Shown: one piece after another, positions 17,910-29,661 of the stretch
How positions within the stretch are numbered: position 1 is the first letter of the stretch
Layout: each line of letters begins with the position of its first letter
Origin: Thecamonas trahens ATCC 50062
Taxonomy: Eukaryota > Protista > Apusomonadida
Length of the DNA: 64,000 nt
Assembly (NCBI RefSeq): GCF_000142905.1
Contig: NW_013657671.1
Span: 124,001-188,000, forward strand
Direction: 5' to 3'
Program-made: the position numbers and the translations under genes
Notes under the pieces: generated by a model
Databases searched by the model: none
Seen by the model: only the letters and a program-made list of their open reading frames with translations
What the model was told of the DNA's origin: nothing

Positions 17910-19442
17910 TCATCGCGCATGGTCTATCGAGTAGTCGATGTCGGAATGAATGTCGCCCGGCGGATGAGCCGCAGACGCTGCGAGCAGCGCGCGCGCCTGA
18001 TCAGCTTGGTTCATCAGCGCAACCAGCCTTGACTTGAAGGCTCGGGTGTCGACCCGCAGTGTAGACAACGAGCCGACGCCATCCTGAAGCGCCGACCGTA
18101 AATCGGCGTGGGCAGCTGCCACCGACGCGGCGTTGGTGGCCGGGACGGGCATCACTTCCGCCGTCGACGCGTCGGCGGCAGGCACTGCCACCGCTGCTGC
18201 AGCTGCCGCCGCTGCGCGTGCCATGTCTCGCTCGTATCGCTCGCGCAGCCGCTCGAGCTCATTCTCCACAGCCGCAATGAGCGCCTTTTGCTCCTCGATG
18301 ATCTGGTCCTGTGCTGCAAACAGCGCAGCATCGAGTCGCGGTTCGGGTGAGCTCGGGACGGCGGCCACCGCAGCAGCAGCTGGTGCGTCGCTCTGGCAAG
18401 CAGCTGCTGCCTTGGCCTCCTCGAGCTCTTCCGAGAGCCGATTGATGACGGCCTCGAGCATGGCCACGGTCTCACGCTCCGAGCCGGCCTGGTCTTCAGC
18501 AGCCTCGAGCGCCGCCCGCGCGGCAGCAGCCTCGGCGGCGGCGGCCTGCTCGGCAGCACGTGCGCGGGCGTCGGCGGCAGCGCGGACCTCGTTGAGGCGG
18601 GCCAGCGGGACCGAGTCGGCAGCGGTGGCTGCGGCGGCTTCCTTCAGCGCCGCATTGGCCTTGAGCACGGCCTTGAGCTCGAGCTGGAGCTCGGCAATGA
18701 CATCCATGAGCCGCAGCATGTTCTCAGCGTCAGCCTCGCGGGCTGACGGTGGCCGCCAGCCTCGCGGGCGGACCTGGGCAAGTCCCTCCTGGGCGGCGAG
18801 GACCAGCAGTGCCGCGCGATGGATGTCCATGACATGTGCTGACCGCCGCAGGTTTGCCGCCTGTCCGACAAGCCGCGACGTGTCCATCGCCGCCGGCGCC
18901 ACCCGCAGCTTGGCCTCGACCTGCTCCACGCCGGTCTCGGCAGCTGCCGCTCGGGTCTCAAACTCGGCCTCCAGCCGGGCCAGCTCAGCCGCAAACTCGG
19001 GAGCAGCGTCCGAACCAGCCTGCGCTCTCCGGGCCAGCCACGCCGTCCGCTCCAGCGCCGCCAGCCGAAAGGCCAGCACCCGCCTGTCCTCCAGCACATC
19101 GGCCAGCATCCGCGCCGAGCAGTCGTCAGCCGCTCTCCCGCCCACAAACGAGACATAGTCGAGCGAGGCCTCGGCCTGCCCGGGCTCGACTGATCCCGCC
19201 GAGATATCCGCCACGCTTGCCGGCACCACCAGCTCATCCCCAGCCCACCGGCCCACCGCGCCCTGTAGAGCCACCCGTAGATCCGCCGCCACCTCGTCTG
19301 CGCCAGGCACCTCCTGTTCGGCAGCCTCCTCCAGCCACTGTGCCGCCCTCGACGCCGCCAGCACCAGCCCGTCCAGCCCCCCATCAGCACCAGCACCAGC
19401 ACCAGCACCAGCACCAGCACCGGAACCCACAACAGCCTCCAT
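17910..19442 (-). CDS. Hypothetical coiled-coil protein
   Basis: First ATG at 19442 (MEAVVGSGAGAGAG...). Long Ala/Glu/Arg heptad regions with coding-type codon bias. Confidence 0.65.
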   Translation of the reverse strand: MEAVVGSGAGAGAGAGAGADGGLDGLVLAASRAAQWLEEAAEQEVPGADEVAADLRVALQGAVGRWAGDELVVPASVADISAGSVEPGQAEASLDYVSFVGGRAADDCSARMLADVLEDRRVLAFRLAALERTAWLARRAQAGSDAAPEFAAELARLEAEFETRAAAAETGVEQVEAKLRVAPAAMDTSRLVGQAANLRRSAHVMDIHRAALLVLAAQEGLAQVRPRGWRPPSAREADAENMLRLMDVIAELQLELKAVLKANAALKEAAAATAADSVPLARLNEVRAAADARARAAEQAAAAEAAAARAALEAAEDQAGSERETVAMLEAVINRLSEELEEAKAAAACQSDAPAAAAVAAVPSSPEPRLDAALFAAQDQIIEEQKALIAAVENELERLRERYERDMARAAAAAAAAVAVPAADASTAEVMPVPATNAASVAAAHADLRSALQDGVGSLSTLRVDTRAFKSRLVALMNQADQARALLAASAAHPPGDIHSDIDYSIDHAR

Positions 19443-19596
19443 GCGCGTGAGTGTGTGTGAGCGTGTGCGCGAGTGGGGTGTGGGCCCACGCCGCAGCAGC
19501 CGCTGCCACTGCCATCGGCATAGACAGCCGGTCGACGGCACCAGCACCGGCACCGGCACCTCACCCCCCCCCCCCCCCCCCCCTCTCACCACCACC

Positions 19597-21057
19597 ATGG
19601 CCTCCCCAGCACAACCATCCGTGACGGACGCCCTAGCTACCCTTGCCGCCGCATGCCCGTCGTCCCCGCCGGCTGCCGCCCTCAAGGCCCTCTGCCGGGC
19701 CTCGCTAGAGGCTTCGGTCAGGGCTGCTCTTGCTGCTGTCCTCCCGCATGCCCTGGCCATGGCTGTCGAGGCTCCGGCGGATCATCCGGCTCTGCTCTAT
19801 GTCTGGCGCCTGCTGCGGAATGCTGCCGCCGGATGTGAGGACAACCAGCTGGCTCTGGCCACAGCGCTCGCCTCCTCGCCGCTGCTCCATCCGAACCACT
19901 TGACCGCCCTCCTTGCCCCTCCGGCCTCGCCGGCCTGTGCGGTGGCGTATCTGCAGCTGTTGGTCAACGTGGTCTCGGCTAACGAAGCTGCTGCTGCTGT
20001 GCTGTTTGATCCGGCTCTACCGGTCCTCTCGGCGGTGGTGGCCTCAGAGGCTGCTCGCGCCGTCGATGGCCTCATCGGCCTCGTCCCGCTGTTTGTGGTC
20101 CGCGCCGCCGTCGCCGTTCCGGATCTCTTGCCACAGAGTGAGCCTTGGCTTGCGCTTGTGCTGGAGTTAGTGGCCCAACTTGATACCGAGGACTCGCTCC
20201 TCTTCACCAACGTTGTGCATCTGGTCGAGCTGGCGGCCGACGCAGGCGTGCTCGGCGCCTGGCTGGCCGCCGCCAAGACAGCGTCGCCTGACTCGGCCAT
20301 GGAGCTGCTGAAGATCCTCGACGGCCTCGTGCACCGTGCCGAGAGCGAGGGCGGCGACGTGACTGCATTTACTCCCCTGCCGCTTGCCGAGACCATCATG
20401 GACGACCTGGTGGGCGACATCAACGCCATGCTCATGCCGCTAGCCGCCGGCGCGCCGACGGCCGGCAGCGGCAGCGACAGCGACGACGACGACGGACTGA
20501 CCGGGCGCATTGCTGTCAACCGCGACGTGCAGGACTCGGCCATGGCGCTTCTCCGCCTCCGCCTCCGCATCCTCGGCATGGTGCTGGGCGGGGCGGAGCC
20601 AGTGCTGCGCGACGCCGCCGGATCCCGCGGCCTCGTCGCCGGCGTCACCATGCTGCTCAAGGCTGTCCACGCCGCGCAATCGCACACTGTCCAGGCACGC
20701 CGCGCGCGGAACGGGCCTGACCATGACGGCTCTGGCATTCCCGACGGCCTTCTTGCCGAGGTCATGCGGCTCGTGGCCAATGCGGCCTTTGAGTCGCCGG
20801 CCAACCAGGACGAGGTGCGCGAGACCGACGGCATGATGGTCATCCTGGACTGTTGCAAGCTTGACGAGCGCAACCCATATCTCCGTGAATGGGCTCTTAT
20901 GGCTGTCCGCAACCTCACCATTGACAACACCGCCAACCAGGAGGTCATCGCTGAGCTGGAGACTCGCGGCATCGCTCCCGGCACAGACCTCGACTCGCTT
21001 GGTATTGATGCCGAGATCGACGAGCACGGCAAGCTCCGGGTCTCGCGTCGCAAGTGA
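19597..21057 (+). CDS. ATXN10: Ataxin-10 homolog (armadillo-like)
   Basis: C-terminal Atx10 motif NQDEVRETDGMMVILDCCKLDERNPYLREWALMAVRNLTIDNTANQEVIAEL, and an N-terminal RLLRNAAAGCEDNQ segment. Confidence 0.9.
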   Translation: MASPAQPSVTDALATLAAACPSSPPAAALKALCRASLEASVRAALAAVLPHALAMAVEAPADHPALLYVWRLLRNAAAGCEDNQLALATALASSPLLHPNHLTALLAPPASPACAVAYLQLLVNVVSANEAAAAVLFDPALPVLSAVVASEAARAVDGLIGLVPLFVVRAAVAVPDLLPQSEPWLALVLELVAQLDTEDSLLFTNVVHLVELAADAGVLGAWLAAAKTASPDSAMELLKILDGLVHRAESEGGDVTAFTPLPLAETIMDDLVGDINAMLMPLAAGAPTAGSGSDSDDDDGLTGRIAVNRDVQDSAMALLRLRLRILGMVLGGAEPVLRDAAGSRGLVAGVTMLLKAVHAAQSHTVQARRARNGPDHDGSGIPDGLLAEVMRLVANAAFESPANQDEVRETDGMMVILDCCKLDERNPYLREWALMAVRNLTIDNTANQEVIAELETRGIAPGTDLDSLGIDAEIDEHGKLRVSRRK

Positions 21058-21087
21058 GCATCCTCACTGCAACTCGCAGCAGAGCCA

Positions 21088-22082
21088 TCAATCAAAGACA
21101 AACGAGTGCGACTTTGTTAGCGACGGCGGTGCCTCGGGCGTCTCCGAGCCCGAGCCCGAGGCGGAGTCCAGGTCTGAGTCGTCATCAGACTCGCTCCCCA
21201 GATGCTCCCGCCTGATCACGCCGGCGTCTTGCTGGGCACCCACTCCTGGCGCTTGCGCCTTCACCGGCCATGCCCTCGGCGGAGGCTGCAGCTCGTCCTC
21301 TTCCCTGTTGTCGTCCTGATCAAAATCTTCATACTCGTACTCGTCCTCAGATGACGACGACTCCTCGCCCTCGTACCAGTCGAGCTTGCTCTGCATAAGC
21401 GCCATCTTGTAGCGGAGGACGACAATCTCCTTGCGGTAGTAGTTGACCAGGTTCTCCTGCTCCTCCAGCCGCCGCTTGAGCAGGACCACGTCAAGCGCTT
21501 CACCGCGCGTCGTCTCGTCCAGAAACCGCACCGACTTTTTCTTGCCCTTGGCCAGCCTACTTCGACCCGCGGCCACCGTCTTGGGTGCAGGCGTGCTACC
21601 TGTCATCGCTGCCGCCTTCGCAGCAGCTCTGCCAGCACTGTTCTCGCATTCGTCGGCCTCTACTGGTGCGCTCGCACCTGCCTCGCCGCCCACCTCAGAC
21701 ATCCCAGCCGCTTCCTGTGCCCGGCTCGTCTCCATCTCGGCCTCGTCCTCGGCCGTCCGCCACATGTCGGCCAGCACCTGGTGGCGATGCTTGGTCAGCA
21801 GCTTGTCGATCGAGTGCATCGAGTCGCGCGACCGTTTCGCCAACGCCTTGGCCGCCTCGGCCCCAGCCTCACCATCGCCATCATCCACCACCGGCAGCGG
21901 TCGCTCTCGCCTTCTCGCCCGCCGCGCCGCAATGCTTGCTTGGCTTCCCCGGCAGCATGCCGTCCACCGTCCTTGCTTCCGCCGTCGTCGCCGCCGCCCG
22001 AGTCACCAGCGCCGGTGGGCGCAGGCTCCACGGCCCCTTTAGACTCTCTGTCCACGCACGCCTCGATGCACACCTCGTCCAT
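21088..22082 (-). CDS. Hypothetical protein with a short coiled coil and acidic tail; probable 1-nt frameshift near 21936
   Basis: ORF 21088-21891 (KKKSVRF, LKRRLEEQENLVNYYRKEIVVLRYKMALMQSKL) has no nearby ATG. The frame starting at ATG 22082 (MDEVCIE...) joins it if one base is added. Confidence 0.5.
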
Positions 22083-22780
22083 AACTGGCTCGATCCCGCT
22101 GGTTGTCCCGACTGGTCCCGTCTTCACCCCTCCGCCACGCCACGCCACCCGCTCGCCTCGCTTCGGCGTGGAGTGTGGGCGCTCGGCCACAAGTCGGCTC
22201 CTTTGCAAGTGTCACCGCCGAACTTTTTCTGCCCCTAGAATCCACTGACCACGCCCTGATCGCTCCACTGTGGCCTCTGCACTCGCCACATCATAATCTA
22301 ACGCCGCCGCTCACCAATGGCTTTATGACCATACATCTACATGCTCCGTTCTCGCTGCCTGCTTGCTGCCCTGCCGCCCTCACACCCACCCCGAGATGAA
22401 GGCCCCCAATGCTGGGCATCGCCACCAGCACCCAATAACCCGCTCCACCATCACCCCTCCCCTCCCATCCTTCCCCACCATTGCACCATTGCATCCGTAG
22501 CGATCAACCCAGTACCCCCTCCCCCCTCCCCCCCCTACTTCCAACACAGCGACGTGGCCTTCGCCAAAAAATAACGGACCGTCCACCGATTAAAAATAGA
22601 CAACGAAAAAGTGGGCAACTGGTTGGCATGGCGAGTGTCGGCGAGCGGAGAGCCAACCGACCAACCGACGACTGGTGAAGGGCTGGGGGGGGGAGGGGCG
22701 GGGGGGGGGGGGGGGAAGGGGAACAGCAGGCGAGCGTAACATCTCACCACCACTCTTGCCTGCCGGAGAGGGACTTCTGT

Positions 22781-25700
22781 ATGGGTGCTAACCAAGGAAA
22801 GGCTACCAACGGCAAGGGGGGCAAGGGCAAGGGCAAAGGTAAGGTCAAGGGTAAGGCTAAGGGCAAGGCCAAGAGCAAGACCAGCACAGCCGCTGCTCCT
22901 GCTCCTGCTCCTGCTCCTACCCCTGCTCCTGCCCTTGCCCCTGCTCCTGCTCCTGCCTCTGCTCCTGCCCCGGGCAGCTCCTCCACCCCTACCACTGCTG
23001 CCACATCTGCTCCTGCTCCTGCTCCTGCTGCCTCCAGCTCGGCTACTGCTGCTCCTGCTCCCGCTCGACCAACTGCTGCCGCTCCTGCTCTCGCTGCTCA
23101 TGCTCCCGCTCGGCACTCGTCCGCTTCGCAGCAACCGCTTGCTTCCCGTCCGCAGTCGACAACCGCTACTGTGACCTACGCCGGTGCCAGGTCGTCGGGG
23201 ACGCAGCGCTGGCTGCTGCTCCGCTCTCGCCGCCGATGGCCTCGGGCTCGGCTCCCCGCACCAAGCACAAGGGCAAGCGCAAGTCGCGGAAGGGTTCCAC
23301 AGCTGGCAGCCCACCGACGCGGGGAAGCGTAGGCCTGGATCACACCGGCCACCGCCGGTCGCCCATGCCTTCCGAGGTCTCGCACTCGCCGGAAAAGGCT
23401 TCAGCTGCCGACGACGCACGGGTCGAGCGCAAGCTCGCCCTGCTCTCGGACAGAGAGATGGAGCTGGAGCGCCGAGAGCAGAGCCTGCGTGCCGAGGCTG
23501 AGCGGCTGGCGTTGGTGGCTTCTTCGCTCCAGGCTGACTACACCAAGCTGCAGCGCTCGGTCAAGGCAACCCAGATGGCCGAGCACGAGGCGCAGGTCCG
23601 CCTTCGGCGCAAGGACAACGAGGCCCGCCGGGCACAGAACCAGATGCTCAAGTACGAGCGCAAGGTCCGCCACGAGGAGCGCCTCATTCAGGAGGAGAAG
23701 AAGCTCCTCCGCTCCGCCATTGCCGACGCCATCACCGACGGCGCGCTCAAGCCGCAGCAGATCTCGCACGTCGAGGCCCTTGCTCGCAAAACGGTGTGGG
23801 ATCCAAAAGTCAAGACCACCTCGCTGCTAGCCTCGCTTCCAGCCGAGAACTCGACCACCCGTTCGGCCGCAGGCTCGGTGGCGGACACCACCCTCCGCGA
23901 CGGCCCGCCGCCCAAGACCTCGTTCTCGGGCCTCCCGCTCGACGCCAACGGCAAGCCGATTTACCCCAAGCGCCGCGCACGCCGCAATGCCGGCACCGCG
24001 TCCCAGGGCGGCTCGGCGTCCGGCGTGTCCGCTACGCGTGCACCTGGGCGCGGCTCGTCCGACGCGGGCGGCGGCCCGCCGCGCGGCACCGTCGTCACCA
24101 TCGACGTCACCCAGCTGCCGGTCTCGCCTGACACCTCTCCGATTGCGCGTGGGCCGAACGCCTCGGTCCTGGACGTCATCGACACCTCGGGCATCGGCAA
24201 CTCGCATGGCTACACTTCGTCGCAGTATCGCGCGGCCCGCGCGGCCCAGGAACTCTCGCCGTCGCCGGCGCTCCGCCGGCGCTCGCGACGTGGTGACGAC
24301 ACCGAGTCGGTCACCTCGTGCTACTCGACGCGCTCGGTCGTCCTCGACGACAACGAGCTCGATGCCATGTTTGCGCTTCGCAACTCGAGCGGTGCTGAGC
24401 CGGCGGCGCCACCGACCGGCTCGTATGCCGCGTCGTTCCTCGACCGCTCGCGCTCGTCACGCGCCCACGACGCGTCGGCTTCGGAAGGCTACGCCTCGCA
24501 GTTCCGCAAGCGTAAGCAAAAGTCGACCAACTCTCGCGTCCGCCCACCGCCGCGCAAGACCGCACCATCGGGCACCAAAGCATCAGCCGGCGCACCGAGC
24601 GGGAGCAAGCCGAGCGCGACCAAGCAGTCCAAGGCCAAGAGCGCCCAGGCCGACCAGGTCCGTGCCCTTGGCTACGAAGCCATCTATCCAGACGTGAGCA
24701 TCGACGAGTCGGCGCCACGCCCGCGGCCGGTCCGGCGGCGGCGGCGCAAGGTTCGCACCACTGGCTCTGTCGGCGCGGCCGACGTGTCTGTCGCTTCGGG
24801 CGCGTCGGCTCCTCACGACGAGTCCGACTCGGAGTCTGTTGCCACGCTCACGTCTGCGTCGTCGCTTTCGACGCTGCCCGGGCGCCACGACCACATCCAT
24901 GTTTCGCTTGACCCAGACGCGCCGGTCGACGACGACCTGCGCCACTTGCTGGACCAGATGGACCGCTTCCAGCGCGAGGTCGCCCGCCGCAAGATGATGC
25001 GCGAGACAACAGCCGCCGCTGGCTCCTACGCCGCCGCCCACTCATCGCTCCTCGCCACGCGCGCCCAGAACTCGGCCTCTTCGTCGACCATTCGCCAGAT
25101 CGAGGCCGACATGGCGTCGGACGACGAGCTGGTTGCCCGTCGCGACGGCGCCGACGCCACTCCGTTCTTTGACGTCTACGCCTCGGGCACGCCGGCTCCT
25201 CACGAGCAAACCCGTGCTGCGGCCACAGGCTCTGGCCCGCTCTCGACCACCGACCTGGCGTCGGGAACCCGCCGGCAGAGCTCAAGCACCACCGCGTCGA
25301 TTTCGGGCGCGTCGATCGTCACCCGGTCGGCGTCGACGTCGGTTGACGGCGGCGACGCCGCGCCGGCTGCTCACTACTCGGGCGGCTCCTACGCCGACGC
25401 CCACGGCTACGAAGCGCAACTGCCTGCTGCCTCGAAGCCGGTTGAGCTCACCGAGTCCGACGACTTTGACGAAGCACTGCTCACCGGCAACCACTTTGGC
25501 ACCGTCGGCCTCGCTGCCTACCTCTCCGAGGACGAACAGGACGCTGCTGACATTGCCGACGCCGACGCTTCACTGGCCGACGTGCTCGACGCCGAGCCGA
25601 TGCCGGCGCCCACCCCGGCGCCCGCGCCTGCCCATCCGCTCTCGTCGTCGTCACACGCCCTCTCGTCGGCCGATGACATCGAACTGGAGCCGCAGCCCGC

Positions 25701-26043
25701 GCATGAGCCGGCAGTCATCGCGGTCAACCTCTTTGCCTCGGGCCCCGACTCCTCGCTTCCAGCGGCCGAGCCGGTACCGGAACCTGCGCCTGCGCCTGCC
25801 GTCGACGGCTCGCTCTCTATCGAAGATCTCTCGGCGTGTTCGGCCGAGTTCGAGCCCGAGTCCAAGGCAGAGCTTGAAGCTGAGCCCGAGCCGGCCGCCC
25901 GAGCCGTCCCGCCCACCCCGCAGCCATCCAAGCCTGTCGACGACCCGTACCTCGCCGAGTTTGGCCTCGACTCGTCGTCTGACTCGCTCGTCATCGACCA
26001 CCAGTTCTCGTACTCGGAGCGCGCGATGGCAGCTCAGCAGTAA
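22781..26043 (+). CDS. Large low-complexity protein: MG/polybasic N-terminus, (PA)n linker, coiled coil (~23410-23720), Ser-rich disordered region; apparent 1-nt frameshift near 23188
   Basis: ORF 22781-23332 (MGANQGKATNGKGGKGKGK...APAPAP) and ORF 23236-26043 join as ..TYAGA-QVVGDAALAAAP.. if one C is added at ggtgccag. Confidence 0.62.
22809..23095 (+). repeat. Coding low-complexity repeats (GGCAAG)n and (GCTCCT)n
   Basis: Directly visible hexamer arrays encoding (GK)n and (AP)n. Confidence 0.8.
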
Positions 26044-26094
26044 AGCAAGACGCTCAAGACCGCACGCTTTGACCTGCACGCGTTTGCTTGCGTT

Positions 26095-29000
26095 TTATTC
26101 ATCCTGCAGCTGGATCTTGACCAGCTCGGGCGTCGCCTCCCACCACCGTTCAAAGTCGGAACGGAGGACCGACGACGCGAGCTCGACCGCCCGCTCGAGG
26201 AAGGCCAGTTCGTCGACAATAGGCTGCATCCATGCACGGTTCCGTTCAAACAAGACCTCGTCGTCGGGGTTAAGCACGGCCTCGCGGCCAGAGTTTTTTC
26301 GGGCCACACAGTTGAGAATGACACCGTAGAGCAGTCCCTTGCCCGAGTCGATGAGGTCGTGCTGGAGCTGACGTCGGAGCGAGCCGAGCATGCGCTTCTT
26401 CTGCAGGACCCGCTTGCGCTTGGAGAGCCCAGGCTCGCTCGACATGTACTTGCGGAAGGCCTCGTCCTTGGAGATCGGCTCGCGATCGGCACCAGGCTCA
26501 GCGCCTGCGCGGGTCAGCCGCTCGTATACGCCCTCGCTGCCGCAGTCACGCGCATGGGCGGCGTGCTTGCGCTCAGCGAGGACGGCCGAGACAGAGTTGA
26601 TTTCCGGCACAAACGAGCACTCGCGATCCATGTCGGCCTTGATCTCCTTGACATGCTCACGATATCGGCTCAACGCTGTCGGCGGCACCGCAGCATGGAG
26701 CGCCCCGTCGGGCACCTTGTCCGGGGAGCCGTACTGCTCAGCAAGCTCGCGCTCAATGCGAGTGTACGACATTTCGCGGGAGGCCTCGGTGATCTTGGGC
26801 ACATGCGTGCACACCTGAGCCTCCTCTGCAGCCAGCTCAGCGCGGAGCTTTGCGGTTCGCTCCGACGAGATCGGATCGGCAAACTTGAGCATCGACGGCT
26901 CGCGCGGACCCTTCTTTGCCGCCAGCGCCAGCGACTCTGCGCTCACCTTGGGCACAAACGTGCATTCGGCCATGCGATCGGCCTCGACCTGCGCAGCCAG
27001 CTGAGCCCACCGCTTCTCTTGCTCGGGCGTGCGCTTGACCGTGAGGTCAACCCGGTTTCGCGACGCCGCCGCCGCCAGCTTGCGCGATCGCTCCGAGATG
27101 ACCGGCTGGTACGTGAGTTCGGCGTCCCAGTCAATCTTGGCACGGCTGGCCTTGGCCGACGAAGCCTTGAGACCACGGGTTCCCACAAACGATGGTGCTC
27201 GCGCCACAGTTGTCGGCTGGACATACCGCTTGCGAGCTCTTGCGGGCGGCGACGACGACGCAGCCGGTGTTGGCGACGAGGTACGGACGCGGCTGGGGCT
27301 CTCATGCGCCCGCGGCGACGCGCTGGGGCTGACCGCACCACGGGCTCGGCCCTGCGGGTTTCGGCCGTTTCCGCCCGACCCGGCTCGGACTTGCGGCCGC
27401 GAACGGGAGCGGTGGAGCACACGGTGGTGAAAGGCAGACGGTGACATGCCGTACTGCTCACGGTACCACTCCTCGAACGCACGCTGCTGCTTCCGCTCGA
27501 TCTTGTTGAGCGCCATCTTGAGCGTTTGCACCTCTTTGGCCTTGGGTACAATCTGCGCTGCGAGTGCTTGCTTGGCCGCCTTTGCGGGCGACGCTCGCTT
27601 GCGGCCCTTGGGCGACGAGGCCGCGGTTAGCGACTTGAGCTTGTCCGGTAGAGCGGCGAGCTCCTTGACACGAGCCGCGAGGATGGTTCGCCGCTGGGCC
27701 ACTGCGCGGGCGAGAGCGGCGCCGTGATCTGAATTGTGCGACCAGGCCTTGAAGGCGTCAGCCGGTTCGACTGGGCGCGGCTGTGGACGGCGCGAGCGGG
27801 CAAGGCCGTGGCTCGTTTCGGTGAGAAAGAGGCGGTCAAAGACGGCGCCGCGCTCGCGCTCGACATCGACGCCGCCTTCGCCCGAGTCAACGCTCGACCC
27901 GCGACGGGCCATCTTGCGCGAGGTTGGCGAAATGGCCGGCAAAAAGGTGCACTCTTTGACCTCGGCGAGCTCTCGGGCATGCAGGTGCTCATCAAGCTGG
28001 CGCTGACGTTCGGCCGAACGCGCAAAGAGCGGCGAGTCAAGCGAGAGGGCGGCCAGCTTGGCCTCTGTCGGCGACACGGCGGCGGCCGCTGGTGGCGGCT
28101 CACGATGCGTTCGTGGCGAGTCGAGCGAGTCAACCTCGTCGGCGTCAGGCGACGCGGCGACAACGACAAAAACACCGTCGTCGACCTGTCGCTGGAGCCA
28201 GGCGTCAAACTCATGAGCATACCGCGACTTGGCCTGGGCCACGATCCGCTGCGCAAAGGCGAGCTCGCGAATGGCGTTCTCAATGGGCTCCGGCGGGTGA
28301 TACTCGCCGAGCGCTGAGCGGACCGGTGGACGCGGGTTGCGAAGGCCGTTGAGCTGAAACACCTTGTGCAGCGCCAGCTCGAGATCGTCGGGCGTGCCAT
28401 GAGCCTCAAGCTCGGATCGGACATCCGCAAGCTTGGACGCGTAAATGGCTTCTTTGTCGCGCACAACCCTCCAAGCCTGCTCCGACGCGCGGAACTCGGT
28501 TTCTGCCGCCGCGCGGGTCTTGGCCGGCAGCGTCGTACGCGATGCATTGAGCGAGAGCCGGGCGATGACATCGAGCTTGGAGATGGACTTGCCTGTCAAC
28601 CGCTTGTACGAGGCTGAGATAAGCTCGTCTCCGTTGTTGGCAATGTCGATGGCCGGCTTGAATGCGTTGTCGCGGAGGATGCGGTCATCGGTGGAGAGGC
28701 CGATGTCCGGGTTGAACCGAGCCTTGCGGGCCTCGAGCTCCTCCTTACTCCGCGCTGCACGGCGCTGCGCCAGACTTTTAGACCGCTCGCGAATGGCAGG
28801 CGCAAAGGTCAGCTCGCGCTCCTCCTCCTTGCGGATCTTTCGGCGAGTGGCGTCGAGCACATCGGTCTTGCGCAGCGCCAGCACCGCCGGATCTGACGAA
28901 TGAGCAGCCTTTGCCGCGAGTTGACGCGATGCCGGCGAGATGGCTGGCGAAAAGGTGAGCTGATCCGAGACAGCGAGCTTGCCCTCGACCATGCAGTGCT

Positions 29001-29541
29001 TGTGGGTTGGCGACGAGGTGTCGACTGCCGAAAAGATGCTGCTGCCCTCGGCCTTGCCAAACGACGACAGCAGCTGGCTTCGCACACCATCCAGATCCTC
29101 TCTGGTCCTCCCGCGCCCACCACCAGCCTTCTGCCGGCTGCTTCGATTTCGCAACTTCGCGCTACCAGCCCCACTCCCGCCAGCTGCAACGCCCAGACGT
29201 CCGCGCGGCGCCGGAGTGGCGGCGGCAGCACCACCAGCGGCCCCGGCTGCGGCTCCGCTCGCGCCAGCACCTCGGGCCCTTGGCGCTGGAGTGGCGGCGG
29301 CGCTTGCACCTCTTGTCCTTCTCCGTCCAGCGCGCACCGGAGTCGCCTTGGCAGCACTTGCGCTCTTCTTGGCGCTGCCGGTGCCGCGCCCAGCCCGGGC
29401 CTTGGGTGCCGGCGTCTGTGTCCCGTCGCGGGGCCGTGGCTTCCGCCCGGCCGGTGTCCCACCACCGCCTCGCCCACGGCCTCGCCCACGGCCTCGCCCA
29501 CCACTTTGCCGGCCCTTTCTGCCTGCGGCGCCGGTGGGCAT
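26095..29541 (-). CDS. Uncharacterised 1148-aa protein with eight (E/Q)-(C/L)-T-F-x-P-x-I repeats and an RG-rich N-terminus
   Basis: Repeats QLTFSPAISPASRQLA, ELTFAPAIRERSKSLA, NAFKPAI, ECTFLPAISPTSRKMA, ELTYQPVISERSRKLA, ECTFVPKVSAESLALA, VCTHVPKITEASREMS, ECSFVPEINSVSAVLA. Confidence 0.8.
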   Translation of the reverse strand: MPTGAAGRKGRQSGGRGRGRGRGRGGGGTPAGRKPRPRDGTQTPAPKARAGRGTGSAKKSASAAKATPVRAGRRRTRGASAAATPAPRARGAGASGAAAGAAGGAAAATPAPRGRLGVAAGGSGAGSAKLRNRSSRQKAGGGRGRTREDLDGVRSQLLSSFGKAEGSSIFSAVDTSSPTHKHCMVEGKLAVSDQLTFSPAISPASRQLAAKAAHSSDPAVLALRKTDVLDATRRKIRKEEERELTFAPAIRERSKSLAQRRAARSKEELEARKARFNPDIGLSTDDRILRDNAFKPAIDIANNGDELISASYKRLTGKSISKLDVIARLSLNASRTTLPAKTRAAAETEFRASEQAWRVVRDKEAIYASKLADVRSELEAHGTPDDLELALHKVFQLNGLRNPRPPVRSALGEYHPPEPIENAIRELAFAQRIVAQAKSRYAHEFDAWLQRQVDDGVFVVVAASPDADEVDSLDSPRTHREPPPAAAAVSPTEAKLAALSLDSPLFARSAERQRQLDEHLHARELAEVKECTFLPAISPTSRKMARRGSSVDSGEGGVDVERERGAVFDRLFLTETSHGLARSRRPQPRPVEPADAFKAWSHNSDHGAALARAVAQRRTILAARVKELAALPDKLKSLTAASSPKGRKRASPAKAAKQALAAQIVPKAKEVQTLKMALNKIERKQQRAFEEWYREQYGMSPSAFHHRVLHRSRSRPQVRAGSGGNGRNPQGRARGAVSPSASPRAHESPSRVRTSSPTPAASSSPPARARKRYVQPTTVARAPSFVGTRGLKASSAKASRAKIDWDAELTYQPVISERSRKLAAAASRNRVDLTVKRTPEQEKRWAQLAAQVEADRMAECTFVPKVSAESLALAAKKGPREPSMLKFADPISSERTAKLRAELAAEEAQVCTHVPKITEASREMSYTRIERELAEQYGSPDKVPDGALHAAVPPTALSRYREHVKEIKADMDRECSFVPEINSVSAVLAERKHAAHARDCGSEGVYERLTRAGAEPGADREPISKDEAFRKYMSSEPGLSKRKRVLQKKRMLGSLRRQLQHDLIDSGKGLLYGVILNCVARKNSGREAVLNPDDEVLFERNRAWMQPIVDELAFLERAVELASSVLRSDFERWWEATPELVKIQLQDE

Positions 29542-29661
29542 GGTGAGTGGCGTGCGGGCGTGCTGCTGCGGTTGCTAGTGCTGCGAGGGGCTCTGCCGTT
29601 GCTCGTTCGCTCGCTCGTTCGTGGTTGGTTCATTGCCGCTGGCACCAAATGGGGGCAGTCG

